Shown one piece after another: positions 49,943 to 58,800 of a DNA stretch of 64,000 bases. The notes beneath the pieces were generated by a model. That model worked only from the letters and a program-made list of their open reading frames with translations. It was not told the DNA's origin and searched no databases. Origin of the DNA: Barthelona sp. PAP020 (lineage: Eukaryota); NCBI GenBank assembly GCA_040182905.1, contig JARQWU010000004.1, positions 1 through 64,000 on the forward strand. Reading direction: 5' to 3'. How positions within the stretch are numbered: position 1 is the stretch's first letter; every line of letters starts with the position of its first letter. The translations under genes and the position numbers were made by a program.

Positions 49943-50848
49943 ATGAAAACAACCTTTACAATCCTTTTTTTGGCTTTCATTATTGGAGTTCATTCATATA
50001 TACAAGCTCCATCTATTGACCAATGTTCGATTAAATGTGCAAATCATCAAGATTGTGGTGGGCTATGTGGTAAATGCGGAGATGCTGGACAATGCGTACC
50101 TATTGATGAACATATGGAATTTTCAATGTATTATATGACAACACCTTTATTTAAATCATTATTTCCTGGTTCTGCTGTTTTTTTAAAAGGTATTGAATCG
50201 TTACATGCTGCTATTGGTTTTGTATATAATGATTCAGTTTCTTATTGTTTAGAATTTCTTCCAAATACAATCATTAATTCTTTATTTCCCAATGATCCTT
50301 CCAATCCTAATTTTGATCTTAGTGCAGAAGTTGTACATGATTTTTATATTAAGAATGAATTTAGACAGAAAACATTTTTGACTAAAATTGGTTGGAAAAG
50401 TTTTCTTGAACTTTTTAACAAAAAGTTTGAAGAATTTGCACCATATTACAATTTGATGGATATTTCTATCCAGGGCAATACCATTATTTCATCTCATAAT
50501 GGTCAAGATTTTGCTTTAGCTGTTTTAGAAGCTGGCAAAGAACTTGATTTTAAATACGCAGTTGATTATGTTTATTTGGATAAATTATCGCTTTTAGGCA
50601 GTACATTTGAAGAATTATCACTTACAAATGTTCGTGATCTTTCCATTGCTGTTGATTATTATACTGCCGTTGAAGATGCTTTTGATACAAATACATTTAT
50701 CAATGTTATTGAAAATATTACTGAAAACGTTTCTCATGGAAGGATGGTATGTGTTTTTTATTCAAATACTTTGAAAAAAAACATTTATGTTGCTTTGGTT
50801 CCTGAATTTCCAGTAATTGATAATAGTTCCATTCAATCATTTATTTAA
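49943..50848 (+). CDS. Secreted protein: signal peptide, small Cys-rich module, possible permuted papain-like (NlpC/P60, PPPDE-like) domain
   Basis: MKTTFTILFLAFIIGVHS signal; a cluster of six Cys; LHAAIGF...YYNL...HNGQDFA pattern. Confidence 0.55.
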   Translation: MKTTFTILFLAFIIGVHSYIQAPSIDQCSIKCANHQDCGGLCGKCGDAGQCVPIDEHMEFSMYYMTTPLFKSLFPGSAVFLKGIESLHAAIGFVYNDSVSYCLEFLPNTIINSLFPNDPSNPNFDLSAEVVHDFYIKNEFRQKTFLTKIGWKSFLELFNKKFEEFAPYYNLMDISIQGNTIISSHNGQDFALAVLEAGKELDFKYAVDYVYLDKLSLLGSTFEELSLTNVRDLSIAVDYYTAVEDAFDTNTFINVIENITENVSHGRMVCVFYSNTLKKNIYVALVPEFPVIDNSSIQSFI

Positions 50849-50951
50849 TATTTGGATGTAAATTTGTAATTATGTTTTTTTTTGTTTAGTCAATATACCA
50901 GCAGTTTCAATATATTTAATTTCTTTTTTCTTTTTGAAATATTAGTATTTA

Positions 50952-51422
50952 ATGGGTTTATCCATACTTTTTGTTTGTTTAGGAAATATTTGTCGATCAC
51001 CAACAGCAGAAGGAGTTGCAAAAAACATCCAATCCAATTATCCTTTTGTTGAAAAAATTTCTTCTTCTGGTACTGCTGCACATCATGTTGGTGAATCACC
51101 TGATTCAAGAATGCAACGCTCAGCCAAAAAGAAAGGTATTGATTTGTCCATGTTAAGGGCTTCTCAAGCTAAAAAATCAGATTTCTCAAAATATGATTAT
51201 ATTGTGGCAATGGATTCAAATAATTTTAGGGATTTATCTCATATAAAACCTGATAATTGTCGTGCAAAATTGGTTCAATTATTTGATTATGCTCCAGAAT
51301 TAGGTACAAGAGATTGTCCTGATCCTTGGTATGTTGGAAATTTTGATGAGGTATTTGATATGGTAACCGTAGCTGTTCGAAATTTTTTTGATCATCTTGC
51401 TGAAATGCAACAGTTAAATTGA
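50952..51422 (+). CDS. Low-molecular-weight protein tyrosine phosphatase
   Basis: P-loop VCLGNICRS and general-acid loop DPWY. Confidence 0.95.
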   Translation: MGLSILFVCLGNICRSPTAEGVAKNIQSNYPFVEKISSSGTAAHHVGESPDSRMQRSAKKKGIDLSMLRASQAKKSDFSKYDYIVAMDSNNFRDLSHIKPDNCRAKLVQLFDYAPELGTRDCPDPWYVGNFDEVFDMVTVAVRNFFDHLAEMQQLN

Positions 51423-51526
51423 GAGTTTCATATTTTTCTTTTTCTTACTAAATATAAAATATATACATCCCTTTCTTATTATGTAGTTGAAAAAAGAAAA
51501 CAAAAAGATACAAAAGTATTTATGGT

Positions 51527-52882
51527 TTAAACTTGCATGTTTTGATTGAAATTAAAGAATGACTCAAATGGATTGCGTTGTTGATTATTGGGTCGTCTTG
51601 AATTAAATCTTGGTTGTGTGTTTCTTTGAAATGGCATTTCACCAAATGGATTCATAGGATTGTTGAATGGGAAATTAGGAAAAGGAAAGTTGGGAAAGTT
51701 GGGTGGAAAAGGGGCATTGCCATCATGATGACCTCTATTTGCTTGTTCTTGTCTTTGATTTCTCTGTTTCATTAAATCATCAATGTGTTCTAAAGCTTTA
51801 TTTGCCAATTCATCCTCAGGATCTAGCTCATTAGCTTTTCCATATCCAAGAGTCAAAGCTTTTGATAATTCCCCCTTTTGTAAATAATTGAACCCTAATC
51901 TTCGAAAAACCTTTGAATTCCTGGGCATTATCTGAGCAGCAATGTTACAATCCTTGATGGACTCATCATATTTTTTGAGATTTGACAAAGCTGCAGCTCT
52001 GTTCAAAAATAATGTTCCATCTTGATCAGGGTCGAGTAATTCAATAGCTTCTGAATAAAGATCAACCGCTCTTTCATACTGACTATTTCTCATTGCATCA
52101 TTTGCCTGCTTTTTAAGCTCATTTGACTGTTTAATCTTCTTAGCATTATTTATGTCTTCTTCAGAAGGAGCTTGATCAAACTGTTCAAAATCAACCGCAG
52201 GCAATACACATTCCCCAGATTCCATCATACTATCTGGTATTTCGACATCTTCAAGTGGTTGTTCCAATATAGACATGATGTTCAATCTGCTTTCTTCCGT
52301 CTTTTGAGATAGCACCTCAATCGTTTTATCAATAGTCTCTATTGTTCCTTGTAATTCTACGATTTTAACCAAAGCTTTATCTGCTTCTTTATTAAGAATA
52401 TTATATTCTTTCGTAAAATTCCCTTTAGCAGAAGAAGATATGTCCTTAGAGACAAGTAAATCAGCCAAATATATTTTTCTTTCGTTATGATTGCATAAAA
52501 GCATTTCTAGTTCATCCAATTCACACATCTTTTTTTCTTTTGCATGCAAATAGTATACAAGTGCTCTTCGATTGGTAATAAACATTTCTAACTTACCAGG
52601 TGCATTGTTTTCTGCATTGTGTTTGCTTGAAATCTTACTAGCTTGAGATTTTTGTGCTTCTTGTTCTTCATGTAATTGCTTTTTAAAAGCTTCAATTACA
52701 TCTCTCAACACAGTATTAGGCTTTAATTGATTCGCATATAATGGTTTTCGAGTAATTGGACAAGTATTAGATTGTTTTAACCAATCTTCAATACTATTTC
52801 GACTAAAAGTATGACCATATGGTGTAATTACAGGGTCTTCCAAATAATCATAGGTGATTGGATCTCTTAATAACTCTTCCAT
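51527..52882 (-). CDS. U-box + coiled coil + 3 TPR + N/Q/P/F-rich tail; putative chaperone-dependent E3 ligase
   Basis: U-box DPITYDYLEDPVITPYGHTFSRNSIEDWL...CPITRKPL...LKPN; TPRs LKKQANDAM, LFLNRAAA and SKVFRRLG. Confidence 0.88.
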   Translation of the reverse strand: MEELLRDPITYDYLEDPVITPYGHTFSRNSIEDWLKQSNTCPITRKPLYANQLKPNTVLRDVIEAFKKQLHEEQEAQKSQASKISSKHNAENNAPGKLEMFITNRRALVYYLHAKEKKMCELDELEMLLCNHNERKIYLADLLVSKDISSSAKGNFTKEYNILNKEADKALVKIVELQGTIETIDKTIEVLSQKTEESRLNIMSILEQPLEDVEIPDSMMESGECVLPAVDFEQFDQAPSEEDINNAKKIKQSNELKKQANDAMRNSQYERAVDLYSEAIELLDPDQDGTLFLNRAAALSNLKKYDESIKDCNIAAQIMPRNSKVFRRLGFNYLQKGELSKALTLGYGKANELDPEDELANKALEHIDDLMKQRNQRQEQANRGHHDGNAPFPPNFPNFPFPNFPFNNPMNPFGEMPFQRNTQPRFNSRRPNNQQRNPFESFFNFNQNMQV

Positions 52883-53054
52883 TGAAAAAAAATTTCTTTA
52901 GAAAAGATTTTCAGGGTTTTCGCAAATGCAAGCAAATGAAAGCAGATTTTTACTTCATTCCAAAAAAATTAAATCTTTAATAATATTTTGTTTTTTTTTA
53001 ACAACATGAAGATAAAGAATGAAAACAATATTGTAATTTTTTTCTTTCACAAAA

Positions 53055-53405
53055 ATGTCCGAAAGTACCAGTATGATTGATAGTATGGTTCCAACCAGTG
53101 TTAAAAACATGTATTGTTGCAAAATTTGTGGTTTGGTCAAAAATTTTGGACAATTTCAAAATTATGGATGTGAAAATTGTTCTCAATATGGAGTTGAAAT
53201 TACCGAAGGATTTTTGACACGTAATTTTGAAGGTGTTGTAGCTTTAATGAATCCTTCAATTTCTTGGGTTGGTAAATACAAAATTTATGACAACTATGTT
53301 CCTGGTCTTTATGCCTTGGAAATTAATGAAGATCTTAGTCAAAAAGAATTGAATGAAGTTCGTGATTTGGGAATTCCATTTATCAAGCGTGTTGTAACCA
53401 ATTAA
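53055..53405 (+). CDS. SPT4: Transcription elongation factor Spt4
   Basis: CKICGLVK..QF...GCENC zinc finger, NFEGVVALMNPSISWV and PGLYA. Confidence 0.93.
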   Translation: MSESTSMIDSMVPTSVKNMYCCKICGLVKNFGQFQNYGCENCSQYGVEITEGFLTRNFEGVVALMNPSISWVGKYKIYDNYVPGLYALEINEDLSQKELNEVRDLGIPFIKRVVTN

Positions 53406-53634
53406 TTTTTCAGTTTTTCACTTCATTTAGTCAAATTTATTTTTATTTCGCATTAATCTATTGTTATATAAATATTAAAAAGTATTTTTTGTCTTATTGT
53501 TTCTTATTTCACAATTTTTTATTTCAAAATTTGTTTCAAAACTGATCATTTCAATATTTATGTTTGACCAATTAGTGTGACTAATGTGAATGATTGTATA
53601 ATCCAATATAATAAAAAAAATAAACAATTACTTT

Positions 53635-53769
53635 TTACATAGAAAAAAAAAACTGAGCACATTCGTCAAATAATAAAATACCTGTTTGATTTTTGTCCAA
53701 TTGCTTAATAGCATGCTTTAAATTGCCATTATAACCGACAATTCCACCCAATCTCAAAAATTGCTCGTA
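53635..53769 (-). CDS. 3' end of a gene interrupted by the assembly gap; EF-hand-like C-terminus
   Basis: Open frame YEQFLRL...AIKQLDKNQTGILLFDECAQFFFSM* has an EF-loop-like DKNQTG..LFDE. Confidence 0.4.
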   Translation of the reverse strand, partial: YEQFLRLGGIVGYNGNLKHAIKQLDKNQTGILLFDECAQFFFSM

Positions 53770-53841
53770 NNNNNNNNNNNNNNNNNNNNNNNNNNNNNNN
53801 NNNNNNNNNNNNNNNNNNNNNNNNNNNNNNNNNNNNNNNNN
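53770..53841. other. Assembly gap (72 N)
   Basis: Run of n characters. Confidence 0.99.
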
Positions 53842-53957
53842 ATAGGTAACATAAAAACAAAAGATTTGTAACCGATAAAATTGATATATGAAACAATAAA
53901 AGTCCATAATCCAATACCATATAAACCACCAGAAACAACTGTATGAGTTCTTCCCAT
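53842..53957 (-). CDS. 5' end of a small membrane protein gene truncated by the gap, possibly Vps68/TMEM50 family
   Basis: MGRTHTVVSGGLYGIGLWTFIVS resembles the first TM of UPF0220/Vps68 proteins (GALF..GWW.FID). Confidence 0.35.
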
Positions 53958-54119
53958 TATAAATACAAAAAAAAAAAATAAATCCAAGCTTGGAAATTTG
54001 CTTCTTTCTAATATGTCCAATTCTTCAAATCAATCAAAAAAACAAAACCTTTAAAAAGAAAAATAGAGACTATTTTATAAACCGAAAATGAATTAAAAAA
54101 AAAAGAACAATAAAAATGA

Positions 54120-55231
54120 CTAAATTGGGTTCTGCATCCTGAAGTGGGCTTTGTTATTGTTGATATCACCAATTTTTAATGAATTGTATGTCTTGTTGAT
54201 CTGATTGTAAATGAATACGCTTGCTTCATGAATTTCATGAGATCTATCATTGAAGTTAACGTTCTTTTGATTGTAATATTGTAAAAGGGATCTTTTACCA
54301 TTGGTAGTGTTACTCATGTTCATATATCTATGGTTGAGTCTGGGATCTTGATATTTAACAAGGCCTTTTCCTAATTTAGCTTGATTAACAGCTGCTTCAG
54401 CTTCATATCGAACACCGCGATGATAAATCTCACTTCCATCGCTAAAAATCAATTTTTGCCCATCCTTAGTCACGCCAACTGGTAAGTTCAATTCAGGCAT
54501 CTCATAATAAACTGATAGTTCGGGATAAGTATCGAAAGATAACATACAATGCCTTTGATCTCTCATATGACTCTGTAATGCTTCTAAAGACCTACCATTT
54601 CTGTAAGAACAACCAACACAACGATGATGAACACAGATTGTTTCCGCAATCCACTCTATCAATCCTTCCAAATCAGTGCAATAATTTAGCATTGGAATCG
54701 TAAAACCATGTGCAGAATACATATGATCCATCCAATCTTCAAAGTTATCAAAAGTTTCAGGGCAAAAGAAACACTGACCATCAATAAGTTCAAATTCTTG
54801 AAAATTATCAAATGGAATTTCTTCAATTGCTTTTTGTATAGCTTCGTCAACAGAAGAAACAACACCAGAAGAAAAAATTTCCTGAGCTTTAGCCATCCTT
54901 GCATTCTTTAAATGCTTTTTAGATTGCATATGATTATTGTAAGATTTTTCTTTCTTGAATGTTTTGTGACATAGACTACATTTGTATTCGGTAGGTAATA
55001 TATTTTTTTCATTTTCTAATAACTGAGCTTGAAAGTCTTCAAATTCTTCTAAAGTCAATGTTAATTCTTTAGTTAATCGTCTCCTTTGATTTTCTTGATG
55101 CCAAAGGCTTTTAAAATGATCCCTTTTTTAGGTTAGTCAAAAAAACATATAAAATGATAAAAATACTGTTGTTCTTTGAGTTCTGAAAACATAACACCAC
55201 AAGAATAGCATTTGTAAGTTTGTGAATCCAT
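54120..55231 (-). CDS. ZNF622: Pre-60S factor ZNF622/Rei1/Reh1, 2 exons (55231-55167, 55122-54120), 355 aa
   Basis: Spliced N-terminus MDSQTYKCYSCGVMFSELKEQQDHFKSLWHQENQRRR restores the first C2H2 finger. Later motifs are CSLC..HMQSKKH, CFFC..HM..AHGFTIP...DLEGLI and HMRDQRHC; C-terminus HFRMQNPI. Confidence 0.92.
55123..55166 (-). other. 44-nt spliceosomal intron in ZNF622 with an AAG acceptor
   Basis: GTATTT...TGACTAACCTAAAAAAG; removal restores the frame and the zinc finger. Confidence 0.85.
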
Positions 55232-55331
55232 TTTAAATTAGAAAAAATTCTTTCCAAATTTTCACATTTTTCATAATCAAAAATAATAACAAAAATACAA
55301 ACAAATATTTATATAAAAAGGATATCACCTA

Positions 55332-55832
55332 TTAATCATTTTTTTTGGATTTAGAATCTGTTTCTTTTTTGGATTGATTTTCACTTTCATCTTCAACTTT
55401 TTCTTCTTCAATTGCATCATCCATCTCGTTATTCATTTTATAATTTTCATCAACAATAGGTTGAATTGTGTTAGTTATTGTTTCATTAAATTCTTTCCAT
55501 TTCTTTTCTTCTTTCCAAAGTTTATAAACTGAACGCCAAACAACAACATTAATACCTATCAAAGCAAATACTGTTCCTACTAATGTTCTTTGAAGTTTAT
55601 TGCGAATAGTTTTAAAGAATACTTTTGTTGAAAGAAAATACAATAAAATTGGGATTGTAACCAAAAAAAAAGCTTGTTTCACCAAAGCAAGAGGTGGAGG
55701 TCTCATTGGTAATAAATCTTGAGGAAGAAATGGTAAATCTGTATTGTTTGTGGGAATAAAATTGGTATCATTATCATTATCATTACCATTAATAGATTCA
55801 TCATTATTTAAGTTATTTTTTAGTTCTGCCAT
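55332..55832 (-). CDS. VMA21: V-ATPase assembly factor Vma21-like
   Basis: Two TM helices (FFLVTIPILLYF; VGTVFALIGINVVVW..V...W.EE) and a C-terminal KKxx ER-retrieval motif (KKND). ATG is at 55832. Confidence 0.7.
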   Translation of the reverse strand: MAELKNNLNNDESINGNDNDNDTNFIPTNNTDLPFLPQDLLPMRPPPLALVKQAFFLVTIPILLYFLSTKVFFKTIRNKLQRTLVGTVFALIGINVVVWRSVYKLWKEEKKWKEFNETITNTIQPIVDENYKMNNEMDDAIEEEKVEDESENQSKKETDSKSKKND

Positions 55833-55895
55833 TGAAATTAACAAAAAAGAAAAAGAAAAAACAACAAAAAATATTTTTTACATACTTCAAATGTA

Positions 55896-58800
55896 TCAAT
55901 TTGATTGCCAAATTGATATTTTGTGATCACTATAAACTTTAATACTGAATTCAACTTCTTTTTGTTTACAATCTTGCATAAAAACCACAATAGAATGCTT
56001 TTTCAAAGAAAGTAACGAAGAAACATTAAAAACAAAGCTGTCTGTTCTTTTTTTGCAAAGTTTAGGCTCGATAACGTATTGAAAAGGTACACTTTTTGAA
56101 ATAGGGATGATATCATGTTTTAGGACGTTTGCAAATAACGGAATAATATCATCATCCCCAAAACAATTCAATTGGGTTATTTCAACGTAGATATCATGAA
56201 ATCGATGAATTTCTTCAATATTTAAAACGAATTGAGGTAGAAATTTAAATATCTCATTTGATGGAGGTGTGTTTCTGTCTTTAAATACACACACATTGCT
56301 GGTTTTAGAATATATGATAGATTCTTGCATGAAATCAAATATAGGCCCCGTGATTATTGCTCTGGTATGCTTAATCAACTCATCATAGGAAATCCAAACC
56401 CCTTTATCTTTATAAAAGGGCGAAATATTTGAATAGGCATCGTCAATGAGATCTGATGACCATCTGTCAGATGATGAAAAAAACACTTTTATATTCTCGT
56501 CTTTAAAGAAACTCTTAATAGAGGCAAATGTTTGTTGAACAGGAATAAGAAAGATCAACTGCTCATATGAATCACGTCTTTGAGATACAGCAGTGATATG
56601 AAACCGTTTTTCCTGATCATCTTTGCATACAAATTCAACAACATTACAATTTGAATATTCTTGCAGATTTGAAGCTTGTTTTAATGATTGATAGATGAAA
56701 GAGGAAAGAAAAGGATTGACGAGATTCCGACGATTGTAGACGTTCTTTTGTGTATTGATTAAAAGTTTTAAAGCAGTAGAAAAGGTGAAATATTTTTGAT
56801 AAATATTCAATGAACCACCAAAGAAAATGATTAAAGCCTTCTCTAAAAGGGGAATTAAAAACGCTTTGGGATTTTTTCTGGAATGGTTTCTTTTCAAATC
56901 GACCACATCATCTATCAAAAGGTATTCTTCCTCCTCATGACAGTAAAGCTTGATCACAAATAAACCATGTTTAAAACTATACCTGATGATATTTTTGAAT
57001 TCCATTTGATAGTAAGCCATAAAATCGATGATTTCTTTCATTGTTTTGTTGGTTATATGTCCGTTTTCTTCGTTAAAGTCATGAATTGTCCCAATAACAC
57101 AATCTTTGTGACGATACACATCTGAAATTTTAATTTTGCCTATACTATCTCTGTTTCTCTCATTTTCTTCATTATTTCTCTGATCTTCATTTTCTTGAGT
57201 ATCAACCACTAAATCTGAAACAACTCCTTTCTGTTGATCTAAACTAAAGACAGTGAGCATATCAAATACATCTAAATCATCGTCTTTATTCATATCTGAA
57301 AGAATAACTTCGTTAAAAAACAAGTGTGATATTCTTTGAAATTCCAAATTGTTGACTGAATAAAGTTTCATAAAATTTTTATTGAAAAATTCATTAAAAC
57401 GATCAAAACCTGCTAAAGCTTCCAAATCTCCTGTATCCTCATAATTTTTCAAATTTTTATGCATTTTGAAAAACTTTATGAAATATTTCAAATATTTCGT
57501 GTATTCATCAACTTCTAAACTTTGAAATAAAAGAATATTCTCTTGAAAAATCATTTCTCTTACCGCATGTTCATTATTGATCAAAGTATCCATTTTATTG
57601 TTTGTATCTGAATCATTAATTTTGGCAACATCCTTGACAAAAAAATTGTCAGCTGTTTCTTCATCAATGACAACATGAATGGGAATATCATACAGTTGTT
57701 CGGTATAATTGTTAGTTGGTAAGGTATGATTATGAACACTGTTGTAAGTTTGAACATTTGGAGAACTAGCATCTGTAAGAGTTGCAGTGTTAAGTGAAGG
57801 GGTGGTTGAAAACAAGTTTTTATAACTAGTATCCATTTGAAGGATAGATGAGTTATCAGATATTGAAATATCTCTAAAGCTTTGTAAATCTAAAGGGATT
57901 AAAGGAAATTCAGCAGTATTTACCACTTGACTTGATAATCTTTTCAAAGTCTTTTGGTAACTCTTAGTGAAACCATAGAAATCTTTCAAAACAATCCAAG
58001 TAACCTTAGCATCTTCTCTAACTTTACTAACATTGAAATTAAATGAACGTTCATGTTTCCATTCTTGTATTAAATGATGTCTATTGGCATTTACACGATT
58101 GGTAATCAAAACCATAATAAAATAAAAGTAATAATGCTTTTCAATCTCCAATTCTAGATTACTGTTAGCAAACAGAGAATGATTTTCTGAAACAAAATCA
58201 CTTTCATCAATCTTAAGTTGACTTTTGTTTAATAAATGATTTTCAAATGTATTTTTTGTATTTTTTGAATTTTCTCTCTTAAAATTTTCAATAAATAATA
58301 ATAAAGCATCAAGTTGTTCATTTTCTTTCTTTGGTTTATTTTTTTGTTTATTCTTGGTGTTCAAATTTGTTTCATAATATTTTTTTTTTGTAAATGCATG
58401 AATTGATTCTAGCATAGATGGAGATTTTACATAGATGGTTGAATCAATCAAATAACTAATAACTTTTTCTAACATTTCAACATTTAATGTCTTACTGATC
58501 TTTTCATTTAAAATCATTGAATCTGTCTTATTAAATAAGGTCATCCAAATGAAACAAGCAGTTGAAATGAAAATCACTAAAATACTGTTGTAATCTCTAT
58601 AAAATACCATTAATTCAACCTTTAATGCAATAAAACAAAACAATATAATATAAACAGCACGATAATAAGCAGAAATATTTCTGATTATCTGATTATTCTT
58701 GAAAAAATAAACAAAAGCATTGAAATCTGTATCGACGTATAATAAATGTTGATTCTTTAAAGAACCTAAATGTCCCAATAATATAACTGGAGAGGATAAA

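Noticed and set aside
53635..54020. Single gene read through the N gap
   Set aside because: The two sides resemble different protein types and the true gap length is unknown.
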